A stretch of 64,000 bases of DNA, taken from assembly GCF_036321535.1 (NCBI RefSeq), contig NC_087436.1, positions 112,470,001-112,534,000 on the forward strand. The letters are read 5' to 3'. The notes beneath the pieces are model-generated. The model ran no database searches. It was not told the origin of the DNA and saw only the letters and a list, made by a program, of their open reading frames with translations. Shown here piece by piece: positions 26,558 to 39,508 of this stretch; the stretch's first letter is position 1, and each line of letters starts with the position of its first letter. The stretch comes from Camelus dromedarius (Eukaryota). A program made the position numbers and the translations under genes.

Positions 26558-29370
26558 GTAAGTCCAGACTTTTTTCCCTTTTTTATGATGAGATGACTAT
26601 CATTACATACAGAATATCAATAAATGGATTATCAATAAGCTTGTTTCAGAAGGACGTGATATAAAAATGAAAGGTAAATGACTTAGAAGGAAATTCTGTT
26701 TTAAGTTTGAAATGTAAATAGTACTGTCCTTTTGGATTTTAAGCCATCCAGTAGATAAGTCATATTAAGGCATTATTTTATGTGATGGCTTTCCCAAAAT
26801 TGAGAATATTCATTTTTGCTCACTCATTTGGCAAAGATTCTTCTTTTTGACTGGAAATACCTAGTGGTAAGCATTGATGTGGCCACTGTAATGCATATGT
26901 GTGGAAATGTAAGTTGACCCAACACTCCTAAGGGGCAGTGTGACAGTGTCACACTTTGATGAAGTAATTCCAGTTCTAGGAATTTACCCTAAGAAAATAG
27001 TTACAGAAGGTACATGATGATTTATAGGCAAGATTATGCACTGCAGCGGCATTGATAGTAGTAAAAATTTGGAAACAAATGGAATAGATTAAATGAATAT
27101 AGTATGTTCAAATGAAGAAATATTCTGTATTCATTATAATTACTACTTCTTAAATTTTTTCAAAGTTTTTACAAGGACAGTTTCTACTGTTATACACAGG
27201 AAATACCATATTTTTTAAATAATAGCACTGAAATTTACTAGGTCTACCAAAAAAAATCAGTCATCAACTTCAAATATTTTAATGAATTGCTCAGAACAGC
27301 CAGCAAATAGTTACTAGCCACATCAGGCTGTCATAATGTTAAATAAGAAGATTTGCTGGCTGCACTTAAATTTGATTATATTCCTTTTTGGCTACCTATT
27401 TTCACATCAAAACAAATGCAACCGTCATTTTGCCAAAGGACACCTGGAGTTCTCCTATAATGCAGAGTCTCATGGAAATCAACTAAGAGATGTATAAAGA
27501 AGTTGTAGGTCATATTAACTGTATTTTAGACCAGCTTGCCTGACTTTTTTTTAGAGGATCAGTGACCAATAGATTTGTTATTTAAATTTCAGCATGACTC
27601 ACCAGAAAACATCCTTAAGTGTTTTCAACTGTATTAGTAGCTTATTTGTTATATAATAATATAGATTTCTTTTGCTTGGGAAAAGGAACTCCTAGAATTT
27701 TAGAAAAACAGGGGATTTTATAGGGTAAAATTATATGTTAAAAATTTAAGAGATTGATAAAATAGAATTTTGAATTTCTCTACGTTTGTTTCCTGCAACT
27801 GGAGAAAGGACACGTGCAGTGTGAGGACAAACATGGTTGCCTGACTTTACTTATTTTTTCAGGGATTGGTTAAGTGGTTGGATTTAAATGTGGCCCTGCT
27901 TTGCCAAATAATAATTATTTATCCAGTAACATTTTTGCCCAAAACCTCTATTCATAATTAGTATGAATTTTTTAAATTCATATTTTTTAGATTTTTTTCA
28001 GTCTTTGATTTATTCTTTAAATGAGTTTTTATAGTTGTTATACAAAAAGATTTAAGCTTAATTAACAATTGATTAGCAAAACACTTCTGGAAAATCTCCT
28101 GCAGTCTTGAAGCGGACTGTGTAGTTACGCAGCAGTGCAGCAGGTTTGTTTCAAAGCGTGTTTCTCACAGTGCCAGTGCAGCGCTGTAGCTTCGGCAGAC
28201 GTCCGGGGGCCTGAGGAATATGCAGAGGCCTCAGTAGCCGAGTTAATTCTTAAATTAAGACTCAAGAGTGGCAGTGTTTCCTTCTAAATGTTACCTTAGA
28301 TCCTAGAATGAATTCATAGCCAAGAAGAGTGAAATAAATCATATATTAACGTCTCATGGAAATTAGATTTGGACATATGTATCTTAAAGTTACCTAATAG
28401 TATGCTCGATAAAAGTGAAGTCATTTAAGCCTTGAATGTGATCATTGGTTTGCCTTTCATATTAATGAGTAAAATTCTAGAGCCATGTTAATTCCATCAC
28501 AGATGTTCGTACAACAGGTCATTTCCCTGTTAGAGACTGTGACAGAGATGAGGACTTCTGTATCAGTTTTCTCATTGGGAAGTTTTACTGAACATATGGC
28601 AGTCTATTCTGTCTGTCTCCTCCCAATTGTTCTTTTATTAAAAGCATTTTTAAAATATTTTAAATGTATCTTGTGATATTTATTAAGAGATTCTTCCATT
28701 TGATGATAACATTACTGGGTAAGGTCAGTCATTTTCCTTGATTTTCTGTTTTCACATAGCAGTCCTCCTATAGCCCAATATATGGGCACGTTATTAAGCT
28801 GAACCTATGATGTGTAAACATTTCCCACCAATAGATCCCACCAGATTTATTCAGCAGACTTCCAAAAATAGTGCTATTACTCATATTTATGTGAGATAAG
28901 TAAGAAAATAGGTATTTAATCATAACTATCCAAAAGAGACAAATCTTCCGGCCTTTAAGTAATTAATTTTGTAATAATACTTAGATTTTTTTAAACAGTA
29001 CAAACCACCTAAGGCTCCCTTTTCTCTCTCTCCCTGCAAGTCATTGGGGGTTCTTAAAGAGTCAAGGAACAAAGGACAGAAAAAGCAGGAATTAGGGAAA
29101 TGCCCACTCAGTGCTTCCAGCTCTGGCAGGGCCATGTGTAGCAAGATGAGTTCATTTGTATTTTCCAGAATAATTTTTTACTTTAAAAATCAGCTGATTT
29201 GCATCTCTATTAGGTACAAGTCAACATGTCATTTATGAATTAGGTATAGTGTCTGCGTTTAGAGTCAACAGTTGAACATGGCAGTAGCCACAGGCAGCCA
29301 GATTTTGATATGAATCAACAAATTTGGATTTAGACAAAGGCCACAAGTATGTGCCTGAAGTGTTAAATAT

Positions 29371-29372
29371 AT

Positions 29373-29430
<58 letters not shown>
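29371..29430 (+). repeat. (ATTT)15 tetranucleotide microsatellite
   Basis: Perfect 60-nt run just upstream of the exon 12 branch region. Confidence 0.97.
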
Positions 29431-29432
<2 letters not shown>

Positions 29433-29488
29433 ATATTAACTAATAACTGTGTGTTTATGTTTTGTTGTTTTGGTTTGTTTCTGGCTAG

Positions 29489-29565
29489 CTCATCAGAGTT
29501 GTTACAAGCTCAATTAAAGTGCAAGGAATCCTGTCTTACGCCTGTGTCGTGCTCTTCTATTTTGG
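29489..29565 (+). CDS. TAPT1: TAPT1 exon 12 equivalent
   Basis: ggctag|CTC ATC AGA ... TTT GG|gtaaga; 77 nt; LIRVVTSSIKVQGILSYACVVLFYF(G). Confidence 0.96.
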
Positions 29566-30829
29566 GTAAGATCAACTACTCTTGAATATGTTTTGGGTCA
29601 TACAGTAAAGTTTAAATGCAAGGTGTAATGGAAGTTAATAGCAACCAAATCATATTGGACCCATCCCAACTGTCCTGGGGGTCTCCCTTGAGAGCATGTA
29701 TCTCCAGATGCATTTGTGACTCAGTTAATTCTGGTTAAATTAAATCTGTTATTCAGTAGTAGGATTAACAGCACTTTAGATTTTATTTTAATCTTTTAAT
29801 GTAATCATTTACTTTAAAACCCTTTTTTGCTTAGAATTTTAAGTTTCACTCATATTTTCTTTTATGATAAAATCTGCCATTGCAGTCAGACATTTTTCTA
29901 TGTTTAAAAAAAATACTCTTTGTTTCTACTCTGTTTGCTACATGAGTTGTTTAGCACGTTCTAGGCGTATGTCATCATAAACCCAAAGGAGATGCAGGAC
30001 TGTAGTTCTCAGCCTGTGACTGGCTGAACTTTTATCTGAAGACTTGTTGGTCTCATGCAGCTTATGTCTGGCTGGGAATGACAAACAGTAACAAATTCAC
30101 AACTAAAACACTAAAATAGTAATAAGCAGTGTGAAGAAAATAATATAAAAAGGCATTTTTGCCGCCACTAGTTTTCTCAAGGTGTGAATTTATGACAGTA
30201 GCCCAGCCGAGCTTTAGATTCACTTACTTCCGAGGCAGAAAGGGGTCCATCCCTGTGCTCGCGGGCAGTGACGCACCAGGAGCTGTGCTCAGGGTCTGGG
30301 TGATGGTCAGAACTGAGTTGTCCCTCGAGGGGGGAAGGTGAGGAGAGAATAAGCCTCGCAGTGGTGACCTCAGCTGGAAATGCACCCAGAATCTGCCATG
30401 GGAACGAGGTCTGCTTTCCAGAGACCTCTGGGTACTTCCTGCTTCACATTTTGAGTGTGTTTTCTACACTGCTCTCTGCCCAATAACTGGCCCGGCAGGA
30501 CAAGTCACTTCTTACTGTCTACACCGAGCCCGTAGGTCGTGAAGAAGTTTCCCACAGCTTCAGTGCCCCGTTCAGGCAGCACAGCTGATTTCAGTGATGC
30601 CCAGAGCAAGATAGAGTTCAGATCAGACTGTGTACCATTTACTGTTTTCCGTCTGAATGAACATAGAAATCCTTTACTAGGTTAAGGAGACTCTCTTCAG
30701 TTTTTTGCCATGAAAAAACACGAGGTCCTCCTTCCTGGCACAAATGCTCCCTCCGCCCTCCAGAGTTCTTCTCAGCTTTGTTCCTGGTTTATCTCTGCTC
30801 TACTGGGCATAGAGTGGGCAGGGACAGCC

Positions 30830-31460
30830 CAGGAAGGGGCTGGCAGTGATGAGAAGGGAGGGAACCCCTGGAGGCTTCTGAGCAGAGGAGGGGCAGGGTC
30901 CATCTGGCTTTTTGCAAGGGCCACCCTGGCTGGTGTGCTGAGAATGACTGGAGTGTAGCGAGAAGAGAAGCAAGGTCAGCCAAGTCATGAGCTGTACAGT
31001 CGTCCAGGGAGAGGACCGTGGCTGGGTTTGGGTGGTAAGAATCTGTCAGCTGGTGTTCACGTGAAAGCGGAGGTAGACAAGACCTGCTGATGAATTGATT
31101 GGGTGGGAAGTGGGGAAACAGGAAGAATCAAGCATGATTAGAGTTTGTGGCCCGAGCAGTCAGGGTAGAGGAGGTGCCACTTACTGGGATGGGGAAGCCT
31201 GTGAGAGATACACGTGGGGCTGGGTTGGGTTTTTGGGGGGATTGGAATTGGGATTGAGAGTTCCGATTTGGCTTTAGTACCTTGCAGTCCTACTAGACAC
31301 TCCCTAGGCAGTGTCGAGGATGCAGTGGCAGGGCTGAGGGATGAGTTCAGGGGAAAGTTGGGATTGGCGGTCAGTCTGGAGGTGTGACGCCCACAAGCGG
31401 AGGGTCCTCGCAACCTTGGATCTGTATGAGGCCCTCGTGTTTGCATCCATACCCTTGGAG
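30830..31460 (-). mobile_element. L2 remnant
   Basis: ggaggcttctgagcagaggagggg...gtccagggagaggaccgtggctggg...gatgagttcagggg...ggattggcggtcag, typical degraded L2. Confidence 0.55.
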
Positions 31461-32429
31461 TTGGGAGGCCTGGGAGAGTGAAGGAAGCCTGTTTGCATCT
31501 TGCTTTGACCTCCTGCCAGGCCCCTCCTCAGACTTGCCCTCACCGATTTTCAATGTCCTGTTACTGCCAGGAGTTCATCTCATGAGTAAGAAATGGCCAC
31601 CCACGTCTTCACTCTCTGAACTAGCCATGGGGTCCTTGGTGCTGTGTCATTCACAGGCCCCTATTCATGAGAAAACAGCAATGTGAAGAATTTTCTCAAA
31701 ATTTTTTGCCAGATTTGTTTCAAATGCCTAAAAATGTTGTGTACCTTTTGGCCCAGAAATCCCACTTGTGTGATTATCGGTATTTTGGAATTTATCTTAA
31801 GGAAACATGTATTTAATAAAGTTCTTTTAGCCAGAAACTTTTTAATAGAAGCTAAGTATTAGAAATAACCTAAAGAATCAGAAATTAAGGGCTTTGGGGG
31901 GCTTTGTTACATGATAACCAGGACAGTGAAATGTTCTGAGACCATTAAGATCATGGCACTGAGGAACACCAGCAGGCTGGGAGAATGCTCATGATGTGTT
32001 GTCTTGTGGTAGTAAGGTACAAACTAGTTGGCATTTCTGTGTGCCCAGCACCGTTCTGAGCGCCTGACTGAAATCCCCCCCTTTAAGGATTAGCTAGTTA
32101 AGAAATTCACTCAGGTCCACACTGGACCTAAGCAGTGGAGTCAGGATTCGAACTCATACTCTTGGCCCCGAGTCTCTACTCTGAACAGTGCAAATAGATG
32201 TGCACTCAGAGCAGAAATGACTGGAAGATAATATACCAAACGTCGCAGTGATTAGCAGTGGACTGTGGGATTGTGAGGTTTTTTCTTGGTTCGTCTGCAT
32301 TTGCTAACTGTATGTGTTTTTTAATAAGGGAATAAATGTTAAATAACTTAGTACAGATAGGACTTCTGAGTGGGATAAATTTCTTCTTAAAATGAGAACT
32401 AAGGAGTTTATCAGAATTTTTCCCCGTTG

Positions 32430-33630
32430 TCAAAGACGCCTCGGGAGAGGGCTTTGCGTAGGAGCTCATCCGTCTCAGACTCCGCCCAGCGATGCCCGGC
32501 CCCGGCCCCTCCCCGCGCCCTCCGCCCTCTCATCAAGCGGTGGAGGTCATGGCGTTCACCGAGGCTGAGATGAGTTCCAGCAGTGGATGGGTGTTTCCTT
32601 CTGGTTTTAGGTTGATCTCCCTGAAAGTGCTTAACAGCATTGTCCTGCTGGGAAAGTCCTGCCAGTACGTGAAGGAAGCCAAGATGGAAGAAAAGTTGTT
32701 TAACCCTCCCCCAGCCGGCGCTGCGGGCAAACCGTGCAGTAAATCACAAAGTAAATGTAAACCCTCTCAAGGTAGGTTGAGTTCTTCTTACCACTTCTGT
32801 GAAATATTATCTAAAGAATTAATTGTCTGAACTCTACATAATAAAAAAAGAAAAATCACCTTTCAGTCAACTTCTAGCAGCGCTTTCAAGATTTGACTTC
32901 ACTTTGCTTGGTTGCCGATTGTTAGTGTTTACGCCGCAGATGTCCTCGCAGGTGCCTCTGCGCACCGCTCCGCCTTTACGTTCATCCTCGCTGCGCAGAC
33001 GGCTGTTGGGCCGCTGTCACCTGGCCGGTCCAGGGATGCGGCCTGGGGGAAGGGCGGAGCTCGGCTGCCGGGAGCTGGGCAGAAAGGGTGGGTGAATGTG
33101 CGCTGTGGCAGGAAGTGCAGTCGGGAACGCTAAAGGGGGTCGGGAAAGGGGACGCGGGAGGGGCAACCGGGGGCACTCCCCAACCGAGGAGAGGGCATCC
33201 GAGCAGAGATGGCGGAGCCTTCCCGGGAGGAGCCGCCCAGGCAGAGGCCAGCACGCACCTGCACGGGCCCAGGGTGGGGCGTGCCTGGCACGTCGAGGGA
33301 CAGCAGGGAGGGTGGAGGGAAGGGGCCGCCCAGGGGTCCGAGTCACCCAGGCCCCGCGGGCTCTTGTGAGGACCTTGGCTTTGACTGTATGAGAAGGAGT
33401 CGTTGCAGGGCTTGGAGCAGAGGAGTGACGCGACCCAGCAGACATTTTTAAAGGGTTATTTCTCAGTCTTGGTGGAAAACAGACTCAAGGAAGGTGAGCC
33501 CAAAGGCGGAGGACGGCGGGGAGGCTGCCGGGCGCGGAGCTCGGGTCAGCGCGTGAGCGGGAGCCCGGACTCCGCCTCCGGGAGAGCAGGGGCCAGTGTT
33601 CACTGTTCAGGTCTGGCAGCGATCGTACTG
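32430..33630. promoter_or_regulatory. Intragenic CpG/GC-rich patch around exon 13 and intron 13
   Basis: Dense CpGs and GC boxes (gcccggccccggcccctccccgcgccctccgccc) against AT-rich flanking introns. Confidence 0.6.
32611..32771 (+). CDS. TAPT1: TAPT1 exon 13 equivalent
   Basis: ttttag|G TTG ATC ... CAA G|gtaggt; 161 nt; LISLKVLNSIVLLGKSCQYVKEAKMEEKLFNPPPAGAAGKPCSKSQSKCKPSQ. Confidence 0.96.
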
Positions 33631-33921
33631 GGGCTTGGTTTTATAGGATGGCGTTTGTTACACAGCTAAGGGTGTTATTTGTGCGATATGATCCACATAA
33701 TTAATAGCTTCTGTGTAAAATTCTGGGTGACAGACAGAGGGAATGCAGCCTCTGAGTTTCCTCACTGACTGCGGTGCTTGTGCAGCGTGCTGTTTGGCTA
33801 TTACTCGCCTAATCCAAAAGCGTGACTGATAGACTCCTTTTTTAACTATATTGGTAAACTTGTGTTTATTTTAAGTTGGGGGAAAATCCTCCTCTAATTA
33901 TGTGAATCTGTTTTTCCACAG

Positions 33922-34139
33922 AAGAAAACCTGTCTGCTTCAGTCACCAGCCAGCCTATTCATCAAAAGGAAAATGTCGTACCACTGCTTGTGACAAGCAA
34001 TTCTGATCAGTTTCTGACGACGCCAGATGGTGATGAGAAGGACATAACACAAGAAAACTCTGAGCTAAAACACAGATCCTCAAAGAAAGATTTGTTAGAG
34101 ATAGACAGGTTCACAATTTGTGGAAACCGAATTGACTGA
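33922..34139 (+). CDS. TAPT1: TAPT1 terminal coding exon (exon 14 equivalent) to stop codon
   Basis: tttttccacag|AA GAA AAC ... ATT GAC TGA; (E)ENLSASVTSQPIHQKENVVPLLVTSNSDQFLTTPDGDEKDITQENSELKHRSSKKDLLEIDRFTICGNRID*; tandem AAG acceptor 3 nt downstream also possible. Confidence 0.92.
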
Positions 34140-36845
34140 ATTCTGTGGCTCCTTGTGCCAAAGAGGCAGAGTCCTGGGGTGGCAAATGCCGTGATACCAG
34201 GACGGACAGATGCTAAAAGTGTCACTTACATATTTATTTAAAAACTTAAGTTATTAATGGAAAGCAAATCTCAGTGTCCTTCCTCCAGTCACGTGGTCCG
34301 GCTGAAGGTCAGGTCACGTGGGCCAGCCGGCAGTGACCTCCGGCCTTGACTCTGGAAAACTTGACACGCGGGGAAAAGTTGCTCCTGCTTGGCGAAGTGG
34401 CAGAGTCACCCCCGGCCCGACGGGAGCAGCCTCAGAATCACTTCTGCTTTGTCGGTCTGTGCTTCCAGAACATCAGATTTTGCCTTGAGTCCCTTTAGTA
34501 TAAGGATATTCCTGGAAACCTGTGAAGCTCTTACCACGGCGCTCCCTTGCCAGCCTCACTCTGTTTCCACAAGCAGTTTTCAGACATCATTTCATCTGCC
34601 AAAGCGTTAAAAAAAGAATAAACTTAAGTCAAGATAAATGTTCTTACCACCAGAATAATCTTTGAAGATGTATTAATATTCTGAATTAATCAGAATAAAA
34701 GGCTACCTTAAATAAGACATAATGAATAGTAGCATTTTATAGGAGAAAAAAAAACCTTAAGCCAGTTTATTTAAAAAATATTCAGTAATGAAGGTTATGC
34801 ATCACTGAGAAAATGTTTCATACTCTGTACAGCCAAACATGAGCTGTGTATTGTTTAATTACAGTGGATAAAATAGAAATTCCCTTTATAAAAGGCACTT
34901 TTTATACTGAAAAAGCAGAGCAGTGTTAACTTTAATGTATAGTTAACTGGTTTCACTTTAAAACTAATTGCTTCATAAATTGTTACAGTCAAAAGGATTT
35001 GGTGTTGAACAGGCTGTCAGTGTACAAAATTCAAAGGTATTAACTGGGTTTTCAAAGTAAGTTTTAAAGTCAATATTCTAAGTGGACGGGACATCATCTC
35101 TCTTGGGCTTAGAGAACGTGCTCGGCTTTCCATCTGTGCACATGTGCTGGGGATGGGCAAGCTGTGTTGGGGGGGAAGTAAATGGAGTGTTTGGTACATG
35201 TGTCTGTGTATGTGCGTGGATGTTGGGAACAGCAGCTAAAAGATAATTTTTGGTTTTATTTGAGATCAAGATTCCATTTCTGCTTAATTACTAGTCTGTG
35301 GCGTGCATCATAGGACAAGTTACTTTCCACCACATTTTATCTTGAGAAACCTTTCTGCATTTTTATGAAAATTCTACGATGTCTAATTTCAGGACATCCA
35401 GATGTCACTGTTAACTGTTACTCCCTTTGATGTTTCCATTTTGAAGTTTAGCTCTCATGCTGATTATTTCCGGCATATGACGTGCAGAAGGTTAAGTTTA
35501 GGTGATTTGTCTATTTCCTGGATGAAATGCAAAGCAAGCTTTAATTTGGCTTGTTCATTTGAAAAACAAAAGTGAATTTTAATTTGCATTAAAGCTGAAG
35601 AAATCTGAAGATTAATGTTCACATAGGGTAAAAAGAGGAAATTGTACAAAAACAGTTTTGTGAAACCAGGAAGTATTTTAAGTTAAAAATGAAAGACTTT
35701 AAATTGCTCTGTATGTGTCAGTGAAACCCCATTTTTAAATTATTCTCTTTTCCGTCTTCTCTTCACCATAAGGAACAGTATCCATGAGGAATGGGAATAG
35801 TCTGGGGAAAACTTGGCCAAACATAGCCCTCATCAGAGCAAGAATATGATTTGGGTATATCTTCCAATTCAGCTTGAATTACTCTGTTGTGCTGTCATTT
35901 TCGGGAGATTTTTTTTTCTTTCCCAGAATATATTGGGAGTTTGGAATGATGTTCATTTCTTCTGTTAAAATGGCATTCATTACTAATTTTATAAGTGCAT
36001 CTTGTGTGAAACTCAATAAATTCAATTTTGTAATCTTTTTTAAAAAGGTCACTGAATTTATTTTAATAATATTTACTGCTATATTTGCTGGAGTAAATTT
36101 CCCACTCTGATAAGAATTCATTTCCAAGTGACAGGACTAATTCACATTATTCTTTTGGTTTTAATGGGAGCAAAATGTTTGATTTTTGTCTTTAAAAAAA
36201 AATAGGCTTGTTCTTGATCATAGGCAATTTAATGTCTCTCAGCAAATTAAGGTACTTCATTTTACAGGTGTTTTGAATGTCACACTGTGCTTTTCCACAT
36301 CTGGGAGTCAAAGTTGACAGTGCTTTGGTTAAAAAAAAAAACCTAAGGCACAACATAAGTCACATTCATTAGCTGTTTCTTTGGGATAGAAGTATAAATA
36401 CCAAGGGTCTTTCAGAACTGGTCCAGATTTTCTTTGTACTTTGTACTTTCGTAGTCTGGCTGGCATTTAGACTTTCTGCTCTATACATATACATGCAAGA
36501 AACTTGTTATATATATTTAGAGCTTCAGAAATGTTCCTGCCATTTCTGGTAACCCAGCAGAGAAGGATGTAAAGTCACAAAATAACTTAAAGTTACTACA
36601 TTTCGATAGGTTTCAGTCCCATCTATCCACGGAGGTTTGTCAGTCATCTGTGTGTCAGGAACTGCTCTAGGTGCTGGAACCAGCAGTGAGCAAGTCCCTC
36701 CCTCCCAGGGGAGACTGGGAGTAACAAGGCAGAGCTAACCGCTGCTGGAGGCAAGTCGGCTGATGACCAAAGGCCCCTCGGGTTTATTTCCGTTTTAAAA
36801 TATATTTCTTTAACTTTTTAATAAAAATCTGACTTTTTTTCCTAT
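34140..36845 (+). other. TAPT1: TAPT1 3' UTR (distal end approximate)
   Basis: AT-rich, largely repeat-free sequence after the stop; AATAAA at 34617, 34694, 36015 and 36820. Confidence 0.65.
36820..36825 (+). terminator. Candidate distal polyadenylation signal of TAPT1
   Basis: AATAAA with U-rich upstream (taactttttt) and downstream (gactttttttcc) sequence; repeat-derived DNA starts soon after. Confidence 0.55.
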
Positions 36846-38776
36846 TGGATTTGCTTAAAATCAAACACTAGTATCGCAGTTTCCAACTGCTTCTATAAAA
36901 CAAAGACAAAAACACTTTTGCACTAAATACTGCTGGTTGTCCACCAGCATCTTCTGTTGCATAAGCAGAGTTGTCACTGGGCTCGCAGCTGCCTGGCTGG
37001 GGACTGCGTTCCCTCGTCCCTCTTGCTGAGACATGTGGCCAGGTGACTAATCTCACCAAGAGATGGAAGCTGAAGGGTACATACCATCACGAGGCCCCTC
37101 CACCAGTCCCCGTCCCACCAGTTGGACCCTAGAGGAGGTGTGCCCTCACCCCAGCCTTGCAGATCCACGCATGGGGCCGCCTGGGTCCCAGAACGCCTTT
37201 GCGAGTGGAGTTGTCCATCAACTTGGAGCACTCCGGTTAGACTGTACGAGAGAGAGATCTACATGCCTTCGGCTCTGAGCCACTGAATCTGCAAGTTCTG
37301 TATCGCAGCCCACATTCATACACGGAAATCTAGGAGGGCTATTTCGGGAGCTTCACATAAAGGAGTGGATGTGAGACCTAACGTCCCTGAACACATGCTT
37401 CTGAAAATACTCTTTGGATGTTTACTATTAGTTGTTTATAAGGAAAAAGATAAAACGACCACGCCCCACTCACTCAGCGGTCGGACCTTCAGCACCCTGG
37501 GCCATCACGACCTGAACATCACAGTGTTGACAAGTGGCCGAGTACTGTTGGTTCACGTCTCTACAGAACAGGTGGGCCTTGCCCCTCGTCTCTCAGGAAG
37601 TTGTGTATACAGTAAGCGTAGACTGTGAGTACAGCCTGACAGCACAGAAATTTGGAAATAAAAGTTCATGTATCAAGGCAGCAAAATCATGATCATCTGG
37701 GGCCAGTTTGAGGCAAATGGTACTGTGCACGTGGCGGCTGAGACGATCCCTGTGTCAGTGCAGGGTGCTACTCGGCACCCAGTGTGCCCGAGGCACCTGG
37801 GGTGGTTTAAATTATGTTGAATCTGATTAAGGAGGAATGTGAACAGTTGAGAGGGGAAGTCGTTAAAAAAAGGAAATCGACGTGGTAAGGGAGTTGGCAG
37901 TTCTGAGAAGTTTGCTTAGGAACAGTGGGTGCAGCTGCGCTGAGCAAACACGACCTCGCTCTTCCCAGTCTCAGTAAGAAAAGAAAGTCAACGTCCGTGG
38001 CAGGTTGAAAGTCGTTTCAACTGCATCCCTTAAAAAAGAAGGGAAGGTATCTGCACAATGTACTTTGCCTTTTAACAGCCTTCTTTTTGGCAGATGAGGA
38101 AACTGAGGGTCTTGAGGGTACACTTGGCACCTTTATAAGGGAATTAAATCAGGAAAGACCGTATATAAGCTCTTGAGGAGTGAATCCCCTGCAAAACATG
38201 TTACTTTTGAAACTGCAAGTACTTTCAACAAGCATATTTCCATTTCATTTTAGGTATTCTACATAAAAATCTAAATACCAGGGAAAGTCAGAGATAGCTA
38301 TAACGTCAGGGGGTTAACTAGATAAGCAAAATACGACAAACACAAATAGCTTGGTGGACTTGATGTGACAGATGTCACTGGCACAGTCACCGTGCACAGC
38401 ACAGAACTGAATGAGTTGTGCTCTCTGCTCAGAGTTTGTCCGCTGTCTGGTGGGGGGACCACCTGCTGAGGTAAGTGCTACCACAAACATCAGTGCAGGT
38501 GGCAGCGGAACGTCTCATTCAGACGTTCCGCCGTGTTCGCTGCAGCCCAGCATCTTGTACAGTTCCCGGCACATGGATGCGGCCAATGAATATTCATTGA
38601 ATGAATAAATGTATTGGACGCATCACCTCACTGTGGAGGATGTGCACTTGGGCAGCTTTGAAAAAGAGTTGGAATTAAGTGGATTTAAAAAAAAAAGAAA
38701 GGTAGGGCAAGCCAGAAATGAACAAAGGAGGAAAGAGCACGACAAGGCTCCGGCACATGTCTTCACCCACTCGGGA

Positions 38777-39247
38777 TGTTACCGAAGGCAAGTTCGTGTG
38801 CCTGCCGCTCCAAGAGGCCAAACAAACTGAAACATCGAAATCTGGAGCAGAGAAAGGTTTATTGCAGGGTTGAGCAAGGAGGACGGGGTGGCTCATGCCC
38901 AAGAAAACCCCGAACTCCCTGAAGGGTTTCAACAAAGCATATTTACAGATCAGATGAGGGAGGGGGTCACAGAGTGCATGATCAGCTCATGCAAAAATCT
39001 CTGATTGGTTGATGTGGAGGGAACAGGGCAGTCAACACTATCAACCCCTGGGCGAGGAAGGTCTGGGGGCTACGCCTCCTCGATCATCAAGTAATTTCTT
39101 CCCTTTAGTGATGGTTTTAAGCTTCTGAAAAACTCAGGAAATACACATGAGATACTATTATCCGGGTGCTTCAGAGAGGAGCTGCAGCAGAGCATACGGG
39201 GGAGGAGTCTGACCCTGGAAGGCCCCACAGGGTCCTGCTCCTTTACA
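38777..39247 (-). mobile_element. ERV1-type solo LTR
   Basis: TG...CA ends, perfect 4-bp TSD GGGA (38773-38776, 39248-39251), AATAAA and CCAAT on the minus strand. Confidence 0.88.
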
Positions 39248-39508
39248 GGGATCTGTATCTGAGCGCCTAGTAGGTGCCAACCATCACGCTGAGAATTTGA
39301 GGAAGAACAGCTTCGTCCTGGGGGGAACTTGGAGAAGGAAGCAGGGGCTAGATCTTGGAGAGATTTTAATGCCTTACCAGGAATCTTAACTTGATCCTGT
39401 AGGCAATGGGGGGAGCTCAAGTGCAGCTTTAAATTGCATTGTTCTAACTATCAAATGAGATGGAAAATGAAAAAAAAAAAAAAAAACCCAAATGAAAAAA
39501 CAAAACTG

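Noticed and set aside
32823..33669. Many overlapping ORFs in intron 13
   Set aside because: Expected from stop-codon scarcity in GC-rich DNA; no coherent protein similarity.
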